DNA of 64,000 bases from a virus (IMGVR_UViG_3300048854_000074:6118-70117), one strand, 5' to 3'. Shown: positions 1-9,211, counted from the first letter of the stretch. Notes: a model not told the origin generated them from the letters alone. A program made the numbers and translations.

Positions 1-297
1 CGCGACTGACAACCCGCCGAGCACCTTCCACGTTTTGTTCGACGAGCCAACGTTCTCGCGGATATTGGAAATGGCAGTCTCGGCGGCGTCGATCTTCTGA
101 AGCGCGGAGTCTGACTTCTGGTCGGCTGCGGCGACGTCCTTCTCGATCCCGCCGATCCGAACCAGCATGTCGGGCAGAATCTTCAGTGAGCTTTTGATTT
201 CGGAGATGTCAGAAACGATGCCCTTTACCTCCGTAGCAAGAACAAGAATGGATGCGTCAGTCACAGCAGATTCGGGCCTGGCGTCTTCGTGGGACAT
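1..297 (-). CDS. Holin- or XhlA-like membrane protein, partial (runs off the left edge)
   Basis: Translated by hand: MSHEDARPESAVTDASILVLATEVKGIVSDISEIK...TWKVLGGLSVA; coiled coil then hydrophobic segment; first gene after the tail fibres. Confidence 0.55.
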   Translation of the reverse strand, partial: MSHEDARPESAVTDASILVLATEVKGIVSDISEIKSSLKILPDMLVRIGGIEKDVAAADQKSDSALQKIDAAETAISNIRENVGSSNKTWKVLGGLSVA

Positions 298-335
298 GCG
301 GGGAGAACTCGGTTGAGGCCCGGAGGCTGGAAATG

Positions 336-359
336 AAAAAGCCCGCACATGGCGGGCTT
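336..359 (-). terminator. Intrinsic terminator
   Basis: AAGCCCGC-ACATG-GCGGGCTT with A5 on the + strand (U-tract on -). Confidence 0.75.
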
Positions 360-404
360 GGAAATGGGTGCCGCTCTGGGGCGGCTAGGTGTTGGTCTAG
401 GCGT

Positions 405-429
405 AAAAAAACCGCCTAAGTGGGCGGTT
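405..429 (-). terminator. Intrinsic terminator
   Basis: AACCGCC-TAAGTG-GGCGGTT with A7 tract. Confidence 0.7.
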
Positions 430-556
430 CAATGGGGAGCCAGCGCGTGCGGACGCGCTGGCTTGCCGTTCAATGACAAAAGGGAATAGACGCCCTTTTG
501 TCTGGCCGCAGAAGCGTACGCGACTTGAACAGAATTTTCAACCGCAGCGGCGGTTG

Positions 557-1366
557 TTAATGTTTCAGGATAACGATTCCGATCGATGTCGTAACATACT
601 TGTTCTCGATCATCAGTCGGAGATGTTTGTCGTGGTTATAGGGAGGCAGATCAACGTACGTATCCAGCTCGCCTTCGCCAGTTTCGAAGTTGACCGTCAA
701 CATCGTGTTGCCCTGCGATTCAATCATGCCCTTCAGTCGATAGATCTCCGACTTCCTGTAAAGAGAAAGATCCTGCGCTTCAAGCGTTCCGTCATCACCA
801 TTCACGTTGTATTCGGTGGTATGCACCGCAATGCCGCCCGGCTTGAGGCATTTGTTTGCGTTGGCCACAAATTCCATACCCTGTTGCAGCGAGCCTAGGT
901 GTTCAAACGCGCATGAAGACCAGACGAAGTCGTGCATTCCCAAGTCGTCGGGAATCGAATTCATATTCACCGGCCTGAAACTGACGTGCTTCTCGAAATG
1001 CTCCCATGAGCAGATGCCGTCATAGAAGTAATCACGCACATTCGTGCTGCCCCAGTGCGAGTCGGCCGCGGCGATTGGAGCGATGTCCGTGCAGATAACG
1101 TCCACTCCGCGCTTGGCCATCACAGCAGCCAAAGGCTCTTTCCCACAACCAAAACCAAGCCCCGAATTTCCTTTCTTGAGAGCACCAAACTGTTCCAAGG
1201 CTCGCAGGATATAGATGTACTCCCACTGCTTGCGATGCATCGTTTTCTTTTGAGCGATTTCGTCACAAAGACGATCGTACACTGGCTCAGAAAACTGTCG
1301 GGAGGTGCACAGCTGCGATGTGACCGACTCCAGGCTTGGCTCCTTCCGAGAAACACCAGCTACCAT
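557..1366 (-). CDS. Class I SAM-dependent methyltransferase (moron)
   Basis: GLGFGCG motif I, ICTD, DFVWSSCAFEH, LKPGG motifs; strong RBS GGAGGAG. Confidence 0.85.
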   Translation of the reverse strand: MVAGVSRKEPSLESVTSQLCTSRQFSEPVYDRLCDEIAQKKTMHRKQWEYIYILRALEQFGALKKGNSGLGFGCGKEPLAAVMAKRGVDVICTDIAPIAAADSHWGSTNVRDYFYDGICSWEHFEKHVSFRPVNMNSIPDDLGMHDFVWSSCAFEHLGSLQQGMEFVANANKCLKPGGIAVHTTEYNVNGDDGTLEAQDLSLYRKSEIYRLKGMIESQGNTMLTVNFETGEGELDTYVDLPPYNHDKHLRLMIENKYVTTSIGIVILKH

Positions 1367-1440
1367 GCTACTCCTCCCGCAATTGGTTTTGTTGATTGGC
1401 CCAGCGGGAGTTTATCCGAAAGAAAGCAAAAGCATAACGA

Positions 1441-1470
1441 ATAATGCCATCGATACCCAATCGGCATTAT
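1441..1470. promoter_or_regulatory. Inverted repeat in the AT-rich region upstream of the methyltransferase
   Basis: ATAATGCC (1441-1448) / GGCATTAT (1463-1470); TTGACT on the - strand at 1498-1503. Confidence 0.45.
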
Positions 1471-1499
1471 TCGTTAATATTCACGAGAATTTCATTTAG

Positions 1500-3494
1500 T
1501 CAATATAGGGGAAACCATGTCGTATTAGTGCCGCGACAAACCATCGCGTGCCCAGAGCCCGCGGCCAGCGAGGTCGGCGCGTTCGAGACGCTCCCGGATG
1601 TTGCAGTCAACGTCAGCGTGGTGATCGTCTGGCTGGAGGAGTATCGAGCTATCGATCCGTCATAACCAGATGTGCAGGCAGGCAAAGTCACAGTCAACGC
1701 CGCAAGTGTGCCCGCCGGATTGATGACCGCCGTCTCCGTTCCAGTTGCAAGCGCGACTGTGGTTCCCGTTGTCGGCGTGCTATAGGAATATGACTTGTCA
1801 ATCTCCTGGGCAGAATGGCTAATGCTCCCCGTGATAGCTGCAGAGCCAGATGAAAACGCAGCGACGGTTGATCCGCCGTTCAGGATCGTCACATTGCTGC
1901 CGTGCGTGCCATCGAATAGCTGGATTGCTCCACCACTTGAAAGACCGGTCGTCGTCCCGATCGAGTAACCGCCGCCGCCGCCCAGAAAATTGCCGTTCGT
2001 CGTTGTGACGTTCCCCGCGGCAGTAAGCGCCGATGCTGAAATCGAACCCGTCACTGGAAGAACCAGCTTCGCCGTACCCGTTCCGCCGTCCGAGATCCCG
2101 CCCGTAACGTTGCTGGGAGTGAGTACAGCCTGGATAGAATAGTTGTTCGATGAACCGGCATCGACCTTGACGCCGTAGGCCTGAAGATTCGTCGAGTCGA
2201 AGAGTCCGCACAGGCCAGAAATGCCACCCGTCACCGCGAACTGTTGAGCACCGGCTGCAAACTCAATGCCGCTAAAGAGTGCCGAGCCGGCTGTCGAGTT
2301 GCTGCAAACCTGGGGATTCAGAATCGAGACATTAACCGAGTTCGCATCAACATAAATGCCATCGCCGTAGTTATTCGAGATACGCGGGTTTTCGATGCTG
2401 ACGCCATCGATTGCACCGGACGTCGCGGCACTAAATTTAATACCGTGGTCGCCCGAGGCTGTACCAACAGTGGAGACCCAAGGGTCACTCAATGAAAGCT
2501 CTTTGACGGTACCCCCATTCGTAGCGATGTAGTAACCGCTCCGGGTGAGCGAGTCGGTCAAGACGTTTTTCAGGTGGCCAGCGAGTACCGCTTGCCCCGA
2601 CCCGGGGTATGTCATCAAACCATACCCATTGTTACCAGCAATGTCGACATCGCTGAAATACCAACCGCTCGCCACGTAGATGATCGCACCGCTCGTAGTG
2701 GTGTTTGCAACGATGCCCTTGCTAACAAACACATCCTGCAATGGCGTGCCGTTAGCGCCCAACACCAACCCATATGTGCCGCTGTCGATCTCGAAGTTCT
2801 CGAGGAAGTATCCGAACTGCTGTGCCCCACCGTCGAACACGATGGCATTGTACTGATTGCCGGTGATGCGAAGATCCGCAAGACGAATGAAGTGTCCGTT
2901 CATCAAATGGACCGCAGCGCCTGATGTTCGGGCAACAGTCCCGTTGATCGTGAGGCCACTTACAACCACATTGTTAGGGTTGGTGGTCCCATTGCCAATC
3001 TGAATAACGTCACCGGATGCGAATGCAGGGGAGATGACAGTCTGCCCCTTGCCGGCGCCTATCAGCGATTGATTCGTCGCGACATTGATCGTTCCGGTTG
3101 TGTAGTAGCTGCCGCTGGGCAAAGAAACAGAGTTGTACGTGCTCAGGCATGAATTGATGGCTGCCGACTGGTCGACCGATCCACCTGCTACGACTCCGCA
3201 GGCAGTAATGGCATTCACGTAGTGGTTTGCCGAGTAGAACGAAAGACCCGTCCCCCCAGAAGCCGTTGGAACCGGCGCAGCCAGACCGGTAATCGTGCCG
3301 CCTGTAATCGTCGCATTTGCGGTCGAAAGCGTCGGAACCGTCAGCGACCCCGTCAACGTACCCCCTGCCATCGGCACATAAAGCGAGAACTGGCTATTGA
3401 GTTGCGCTGCCGTCAGAATCTGCCCTGGCGTGAACTGGGCATGCGCTGTGACAACGAACAGCGACAGGACGACGGTAAGTAGGCGTTTGATCAT
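1500..3494 (-). CDS. Parallel beta-helix (pectate-lyase-3-like) tail-fibre/depolymerase-like protein with N-terminal Sec signal peptide
   Basis: MIKRLLTVVLSLFVVTAHA-Q signal; DQSAAINSCL...VSLPSGSYY...LIGAG pectate_lyase_3-type start; G/N/T-rich beta-helix repeats. Confidence 0.75.
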   Translation of the reverse strand: MIKRLLTVVLSLFVVTAHAQFTPGQILTAAQLNSQFSLYVPMAGGTLTGSLTVPTLSTANATITGGTITGLAAPVPTASGGTGLSFYSANHYVNAITACGVVAGGSVDQSAAINSCLSTYNSVSLPSGSYYTTGTINVATNQSLIGAGKGQTVISPAFASGDVIQIGNGTTNPNNVVVSGLTINGTVARTSGAAVHLMNGHFIRLADLRITGNQYNAIVFDGGAQQFGYFLENFEIDSGTYGLVLGANGTPLQDVFVSKGIVANTTTSGAIIYVASGWYFSDVDIAGNNGYGLMTYPGSGQAVLAGHLKNVLTDSLTRSGYYIATNGGTVKELSLSDPWVSTVGTASGDHGIKFSAATSGAIDGVSIENPRISNNYGDGIYVDANSVNVSILNPQVCSNSTAGSALFSGIEFAAGAQQFAVTGGISGLCGLFDSTNLQAYGVKVDAGSSNNYSIQAVLTPSNVTGGISDGGTGTAKLVLPVTGSISASALTAAGNVTTTNGNFLGGGGGYSIGTTTGLSSGGAIQLFDGTHGSNVTILNGGSTVAAFSSGSAAITGSISHSAQEIDKSYSYSTPTTGTTVALATGTETAVINPAGTLAALTVTLPACTSGYDGSIARYSSSQTITTLTLTATSGSVSNAPTSLAAGSGHAMVCRGTNTTWFPLY

Positions 3495-3545
3495 GGGTCG
3501 TGAGTACGGTGAGGTGCGTTGATTATTCCAGACCGGCAGAATTGA

Positions 3546-3569
3546 AAAAGCCTCCGGGGAGGGAGGCTT
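3546..3569 (-). terminator. Intrinsic terminator bounding the moron
   Basis: AAGCCTCC-GGGGAG-GGAGGCTT with A5. Confidence 0.7.
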
Positions 3570-3580
3570 GGGGGTATTGC

Positions 3581-3609
3581 TTGACGTCAGGGACCAGTGG
3601 TCCTATAGT
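3581..3609 (+). promoter_or_regulatory. Sigma70 promoter with palindromic operator in the spacer
   Basis: TTGACG-17 bp-TATAGT; GGACCA-G-TGGTCC at 3591-3603. Confidence 0.8.
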
Positions 3610-3663
3610 TATTCCCACTGGCACCACGCACACCGCGCGGTCCGATACCCCGAAAGGAAGATC

Positions 3664-4860
3664 ATGAAACTCTGTTTTCGTGCGGCTATGCGCACGTCTG
3701 GATTCATCCGAGATGCATTACAAGCCACCCAAACCAGCCGACGTGGAGCGTCTGAAACTGCAGTTGGGCTACGACGGGGCGAAGATGGCCGATCTGTTCG
3801 GTGTAGCCGGAAGCAGGGCATTCAGGCGATATACGTCGCCATCGGGGAGCAACCAGCGCGAGATCAGCGCACACATGTTGTTCTTCGCGATGGCCAGACT
3901 CGAATTGAGCGACGAGGCTATCGAGCGGATCCTGTCACGCATGCGTCAGGCCGGCGCGACAATCGACCTGGACGCCGCTGGCGAGCCGGGCCCATCGCAG
4001 GACTGAGCATCTGTCTTGCTGCGTGCGGAGGCGGTGGCTCGCCGGCTGCAACGCCCACCGCTACCGTTGCCAGCACACCGGCAGCAGCATCTGCACCGGC
4101 AGCATCTTCAACACCCGCCGTGGCACCAGCTTCATCGCCCGACCAGGCATCCTCACCGGTTTCTGCCTCGAGCCCGGATGTTGCCTCGAGCCCGGTCGCC
4201 GCATCAACACCCGCTGCGTCAGCCTCGACGCCGGTTGTAGCGATTGATGTGTATGGCGACGATCAGATGACCGGATTGTTTCTAAACCAGTCTGGCCTTT
4301 ACTCGCAAATCACGCCGGACGAACCTGAGTCGCTTCAGTCTCTGCTGCAGACCCAGTTCAATGATACGGGCATCTCGGTCGCCAACCACGCAACCGGCGG
4401 CACTTCGAGTAGCCTTATGAATGAAATGCTAGGGCTGGACGGTAACGGCGCACCGTTCGCCGACCGGATCAAACTGTCCCCTGCATCCATCGTCATCGAA
4501 AGCCACACATTGAACGATGCGCTCGGCGGCGAAACGATTAACGATTACCGGCAGTATCTTGCTGCTTGGGTTGTTGCCGTCCGGGCTGCCGGGAAAACGC
4601 CCGTATTCGAAGAGTCAGGCCCGGTCTGCGACGACGATCATCCCCAACTGGCGGCTTACGTGCAGGCCATGGACGATGCCGCGGTTCAATTCAATGTGCC
4701 GATAGTGACACAGTACGCGTATATCAGCGGTCTATCGAACTGGCAGGCGCATATGGGTTCGTGCTTCTATCCGGATGCGTACCTGGCACAGATCAGGGCG
4801 GAGCGCGAACAGGCTGTGATTGGGTCGCTCATTCAGACTGTTATGCAGGGTGCGCAATGA
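3664..4860 (+). CDS. SGNH/GDSL-fold lipoprotein-like protein; start uncertain
   Basis: RBS AAGGAAG then ATG 3664; lipobox LAAC (Cys codon 4024); Ala/Ser/Pro linker; VYGDD, NHATGG, SHTLND blocks. Confidence 0.7.
   Translation: MKLCFRAAMRTSGFIRDALQATQTSRRGASETAVGLRRGEDGRSVRCSRKQGIQAIYVAIGEQPARDQRTHVVLRDGQTRIERRGYRADPVTHASGRRDNRPGRRWRAGPIAGLSICLAACGGGGSPAATPTATVASTPAAASAPAASSTPAVAPASSPDQASSPVSASSPDVASSPVAASTPAASASTPVVAIDVYGDDQMTGLFLNQSGLYSQITPDEPESLQSLLQTQFNDTGISVANHATGGTSSSLMNEMLGLDGNGAPFADRIKLSPASIVIESHTLNDALGGETINDYRQYLAAWVVAVRAAGKTPVFEESGPVCDDDHPQLAAYVQAMDDAAVQFNVPIVTQYAYISGLSNWQAHMGSCFYPDAYLAQIRAEREQAVIGSLIQTVMQGAQ
3713..4006 (+). CDS. XRE-like HTH regulator nested in another frame of the lipoprotein ORF
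   Basis: MHYKPPKPADVERLKLQLGYDGAKMADLFGVAGSRAFRRYT helix-turn-helix pattern. Confidence 0.75.
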   Translation: MHYKPPKPADVERLKLQLGYDGAKMADLFGVAGSRAFRRYTSPSGSNQREISAHMLFFAMARLELSDEAIERILSRMRQAGATIDLDAAGEPGPSQD

Positions 4861-6050
4861 CAACGGCTATGATGACGTACGTCAAAAATAGAACCGCGAG
4901 AGAGATCATGGCGCGTGGGCTGATTGCATCCGTACTGGGAATGTTTGTCGTCGCATGTAGCGGCTGTGGTGGCGGTGGCGGCTCCGGTAGCCCTGCGCCA
5001 GTTGCATCCTCGCCAGCCCCTGTCGCAGGATCGCAAATCGTCGCTATTACGCCAACCGTCTACGACAACAACCGGCCTGCTGCCGCGTTCAAGGTGTCGG
5101 GCGTGCAGGACCAGGGAATTGTGCTAAAGCACGGTACCGCGCCAAATGGCGAAGACGCTGGAGGAGCGCGAGACGCCTTTGTCTACCAGGCAAATGGGTC
5201 TTACTACATGACCTACGACGGCGCGGGCTCGAATGCATGGAACACGGTACTTGCGAAAAGCTCCGACCTGACAAGCTGGACACCGATCGGCAACATCCTG
5301 CCACTTGGATCTGTGGGGTCTGACGATCAGTTCTGCGTTTGCTACGCCAATACATTCTTCGATGGCAGCCTATATCGGATGTACTACACGACGGCTAATA
5401 ATCAGTCAGCGCCTCCATACGTGGTACCTAATGCGCCATATGGGTCGATGGAGGCGACCGCGACCTCGCCAGAGGGACCTTGGACCAAAAAATCTACTGG
5501 CAATGTCATTCCGCTAGTTCCAGGTAGCTACCACTCGATTGTGGCCTCCCCGGGCAGCACCATTCAGTACGGCGGTCATTACCTGATGTTCTTCAGCACG
5601 CAAAACGCTGAGCAAGGAACTGAATCAGTAGGCATCGCGCGATCGAGCAGCCCAGATGGACCATGGGTTCCCGACGCCAATCCGGCACTCCCAGATGACA
5701 AAATAGAAAACCCAGTCCTCTGGTATCAGGCATCGTCTCAGACGTATTTCATGTTTATCAATCACTCAGCGCTGAAGAACGGCGTGCTCTATACCGATGC
5801 CGTATGGGTCTACTGGACGCAAGACCCTACAAGCTGGAACGGGGACAAAAAAGCAGTCGTTATCGATGGATCGGTGTCGACATGGGCAAAATACGTCATC
5901 GGCATACCCGCCGTTCAACAGGTTGGCGACAAGCTCGCGGTAATCTATGACGGCAGATCCGACCCGAACTTCCCAACCGGCATAGCCGACCATCTGCAGC
6001 GCGACATTGGCCTCGCTTGGATCAACTTGCCGATCAAGACACCAAATTGA
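4857..6050 (+). CDS. Lipoprotein with five-bladed beta-propeller glycoside-hydrolase-like domain (GH32/43/130-like)
   Basis: ATGA-coupled start; hydrophobic signal and Cys (VVACSGCGGG); repeats such as LAKSSDLTSW, IARSSSPDGPW, IENPVLW. Confidence 0.7.
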   Translation: MTTAMMTYVKNRTAREIMARGLIASVLGMFVVACSGCGGGGGSGSPAPVASSPAPVAGSQIVAITPTVYDNNRPAAAFKVSGVQDQGIVLKHGTAPNGEDAGGARDAFVYQANGSYYMTYDGAGSNAWNTVLAKSSDLTSWTPIGNILPLGSVGSDDQFCVCYANTFFDGSLYRMYYTTANNQSAPPYVVPNAPYGSMEATATSPEGPWTKKSTGNVIPLVPGSYHSIVASPGSTIQYGGHYLMFFSTQNAEQGTESVGIARSSSPDGPWVPDANPALPDDKIENPVLWYQASSQTYFMFINHSALKNGVLYTDAVWVYWTQDPTSWNGDKKAVVIDGSVSTWAKYVIGIPAVQQVGDKLAVIYDGRSDPNFPTGIADHLQRDIGLAWINLPIKTPN

Positions 6051-6236
6051 TTACGATGGCACTGGAAGTCCTACCTGAAGCTGGGGCGGCACTGAATCGT
6101 AATATGCCTTCCAGCGCAAATCACTCGAGGAAAGCTGCCCTTGATTCGGATACAGCGCACTATTCGCTGGCGAGAAGAAGTATGAGATGACTGCGGATTC
6201 CGTTGCATCCGAGAACTGTACGTTGATCGTCGCCAT
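6051..6236 (-). CDS. Small tail-fibre-associated protein
   Basis: Directly follows the tail fibre gene; MATINVQFSDATESAVISYF. Confidence 0.6.
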   Translation of the reverse strand: MATINVQFSDATESAVISYFFSPANSALYPNQGQLSSSDLRWKAYYDSVPPQLQVGLPVPS

Positions 6237-7232
6237 TTAGATGGTATAGCCGCAAAGATTGATCGAAAAAGCCGGTGTTCCGCTAGCTGTGGTGAATATC
6301 CAGTAAATGGTCTGGGGCGTCACGATCGGCAACTCGCCTGAAGCAGACGAATAGCCCGCATTGGTTCCGTTGGAAGTCACGAAAACCGAGCCTGAGGTCG
6401 CCGCCAACTGTGTCAGTGTGGCGGCCGACGAAATTGAAGTTGTGCCGTACGCGGTGAATAGTCCAGTCCTTGCATTTAGGGGGATCGCCGTACTGGTAAG
6501 CGCCGTCAACGACGATGCGGTCGAAGCCGTCGACAGAATCAGATTGTTCGCAAAAGAGATCCGTCGATCGTTCTGGAACCCGATGATAAACAGCGAACTG
6601 GAATTCGTCGGCCACACGCTTACCAATGCGCTTGCCGTGTAGCCAGCTGGCATGTTGACGCCGCCATATACGCTAGGCGCCTTTGCGCTTGTTGCATTCG
6701 TCGCCAGCAGCGCGGCAGTGGCCGTCGTCGGATTGTAGATCGCGTATAGGGCAACGAAGCCGGATGCCGGGGCGCTGCCGCTGTCCATGCCGCCTGCGCC
6801 GGTTGTGGCGAGGTTAATGGTTTTGCTGAAGGTGGCGAGCGTGTATTTGAGCCCGCCTAGCGCTGAGCCGACAATTATCTCGTCGGCGGTGAGCGTTGCT
6901 GTGGCGCTGGCCGCACTAACGCTCATCGACAGATTGCGAACTGCACCGATTAGTGCTTCTGATTGCGCGCTTACTGCCGCGACAAGATTGGCCAGCAACG
7001 TAGCGGTCGTACCATCATCGATAGCGGTCTGCCCGGTGGTGTTGACGATGAACTGCGCCAGCACCGCAGCCATAATGCTTGACTGACGCCACGTCTTATT
7101 GAGTGCAGCGGATTGTGCAATTCCAGCCTGATAGCCAGTGGAGATTGCCGATAATGCGGCGTAGCTGCTCTGCGACAGAACGTTCGCGCCAGAGCCAGTC
7201 GCGAAGGGCAAGAAATCGTTTTCGACGGCCAT
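6237..7232 (-). CDS. Tail fibre protein
   Basis: N-terminus NDFLPFATGSGANVLSQ typical of myovirus fibre anchors; follows the baseplate genes. Confidence 0.85.
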   Translation of the reverse strand: MAVENDFLPFATGSGANVLSQSSYAALSAISTGYQAGIAQSAALNKTWRQSSIMAAVLAQFIVNTTGQTAIDDGTTATLLANLVAAVSAQSEALIGAVRNLSMSVSAASATATLTADEIIVGSALGGLKYTLATFSKTINLATTGAGGMDSGSAPASGFVALYAIYNPTTATAALLATNATSAKAPSVYGGVNMPAGYTASALVSVWPTNSSSLFIIGFQNDRRISFANNLILSTASTASSLTALTSTAIPLNARTGLFTAYGTTSISSAATLTQLAATSGSVFVTSNGTNAGYSSASGELPIVTPQTIYWIFTTASGTPAFSINLCGYTI

Positions 7233-7297
7233 TTAGGCTCCAGAAAAGCAAAAGGCCCACACGCTGCGGGCCGGAATTGTGATGTGCTGATTCAGTT

Positions 7298-8017
7298 TCA
7301 GCCGAGCGTTGAAACGTCTAGAGCAAATGAGTAATCGAGATAGTTTTGCGGGACCAGATTTGACACACCCCATGCGCCCACGTCTAATCCGGACACGTAT
7401 TGGTTCTCTACGTCAAAGCCGAACAGAGCGGCTTCGCTAACGGATGTGACGACATAGCTGACCGCGACGCCTTCCGGCTTGATCGGGATATAGCCGTTTT
7501 GCAGGAGCGCAAGGAAGAGTGCCGAGGGAATCGTTCCCGATATGCCGAACGTGATCGTCATATCCTGGTTATCCTGGATAAAGACGTACGTTCCGTCTCC
7601 CTGGAAAATCAGATCCAGAATGGCGGCCGACCCCTCCAATGTCCCGTCCCAGTGGTTCGCGGCGATTCGCGCGCGAATGAGGAGCCGGAAAGTTTCGTCG
7701 TCTAGAGACGTGACCCCGCTGGATGGGTCAAACGGTCCTTGCCATACTCCTTGGTCGAACCCGAGACCTGTGACATCAAGAGAGAAATAGACGCCGGTCA
7801 GCGGTGTCGTGACGTCGCGCGTTACGCCAACCCACAATCCAACGGCATCAAGCTGAACGCCAATAGCCACGTCCGGATCGTACGATGGCGCGACCGTCGC
7901 TAGCTGGTTCTGGATGTCAACGAAAGCCTGGGATACAGCGCCGACCATCGCCACGAACTTTGGCTTATCCGCATGCTCTGACGTGATCAGGCCGGTGTAG
8001 TCGGTTTGTTGGGCCAT
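7298..8017 (-). CDS. Baseplate wedge protein (DUF2612-like)
   Basis: DVAIGVQLDAVGLWVG...LDDETFRLLIRARIAAN motif; synteny. Confidence 0.85.
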   Translation of the reverse strand: MAQQTDYTGLITSEHADKPKFVAMVGAVSQAFVDIQNQLATVAPSYDPDVAIGVQLDAVGLWVGVTRDVTTPLTGVYFSLDVTGLGFDQGVWQGPFDPSSGVTSLDDETFRLLIRARIAANHWDGTLEGSAAILDLIFQGDGTYVFIQDNQDMTITFGISGTIPSALFLALLQNGYIPIKPEGVAVSYVVTSVSEAALFGFDVENQYVSGLDVGAWGVSNLVPQNYLDYSFALDVSTLG

Positions 8018-9211
8018 TTAGGTTACCGTCAGAACAACACTATCTACCGTGCAGGATCCCGCCTGATTGAAGGCGATCGCGATATCAGGAGAGCCAGCGC
8101 CGCTGGGCCCGGTCAGGGTTAGCGCGGAGATCTTGAACGTCGTACCGCCAGCGACAGACTTTGCGGCTGTGATGCACGAGTCCCACTCGACTGCCTGCGC
8201 AGCGCCGCCGCCTATCGCAACAGAATTGATGTAGTCGGAGACTGCCGTTTGAACCAGAACACCGATTGCCGTTGTGTAGCCGGACAAAGCCTTCAATGAG
8301 ATAGCAACAGTTATTGCTTGATAGCTCGGCCTCGAGAAATTGATAACGATCGGCATCCCGTAGATGTTCGTCACCGTTTCGCTAGTCGTGCCGAACGTAG
8401 GGCCGCCAGGAGTTTTCTTGGCGGCTATAGCGTCTGCAATAGCCGTTGCGTCGCCACCCTCGACGACAAGCGCAATCGCATTGGCTGTGATTCCGTTTGA
8501 ATCGGTTGTCTTGGTGTCGTTTTCGTATGCCGCGTAGCGAGTGACGCCGGTAACGTTGGCGACTGCACCGACGATGCCTTCCATCACCGTGAGGGAAGGA
8601 ATGGCAGTCGATGTCGTCTGACGCTGGCGGAGAGTTGGGTCTTGCTCCACCGGGGCACCCTCGGCGGCATCTGCCGCTGCGGTCGCCGACTGCCAGCCCC
8701 GGGTCGGCGTTGTAATCTGTAGCGCTGAGCCGCTCGTCAAAACGATCGCACCTTGCGTTTGACATGTCGCAGTAACAGTGACTTCTCCTGCAGGCGGGAT
8801 ATTCACGGTTGCGGGAAGCGACCAGGGGTTCTCTGCTGAATCAGTGACGACTCCGCTGGTAATCGTCGTGCCAGCTTGTCCGACTATCAGGACATCAACC
8901 GTCGAAGCAGAAGAAACATTGCGGCTGATGCCATTGATTTTTACTACACTCGAAAGGTTTGCTCCTTGAGCCGTAGCAGGAGAATACGCGTTGTAGACGC
9001 TCACGCATGCGTTGTTTGCGTCATTCACTGCCTGTGCATAGATGGCAAGCATCTGTCCGTCTTTCGAGTCAGGCTCGACATAGATGTCCGATCCATAGAT
9101 AGACTGAAACGAGGCTGTTAGCGAAGCAAGAACGTCGGCATATGTCGGAATCGAGATGCCTGTGCTCGAAATCGTTGGCCCTAAGGTCGCAAGCGGGTAG
9201 GTCGTTGCCAT
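8018..9211 (-). CDS. Baseplate J-like protein
   Basis: Start MATTYPL at 9211 (TGATG overlap); baseplate J motifs. Confidence 0.9.
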   Translation of the reverse strand: MATTYPLATLGPTISSTGISIPTYADVLASLTASFQSIYGSDIYVEPDSKDGQMLAIYAQAVNDANNACVSVYNAYSPATAQGANLSSVVKINGISRNVSSASTVDVLIVGQAGTTITSGVVTDSAENPWSLPATVNIPPAGEVTVTATCQTQGAIVLTSGSALQITTPTRGWQSATAAADAAEGAPVEQDPTLRQRQTTSTAIPSLTVMEGIVGAVANVTGVTRYAAYENDTKTTDSNGITANAIALVVEGGDATAIADAIAAKKTPGGPTFGTTSETVTNIYGMPIVINFSRPSYQAITVAISLKALSGYTTAIGVLVQTAVSDYINSVAIGGGAAQAVEWDSCITAAKSVAGGTTFKISALTLTGPSGAGSPDIAIAFNQAGSCTVDSVVLTVT

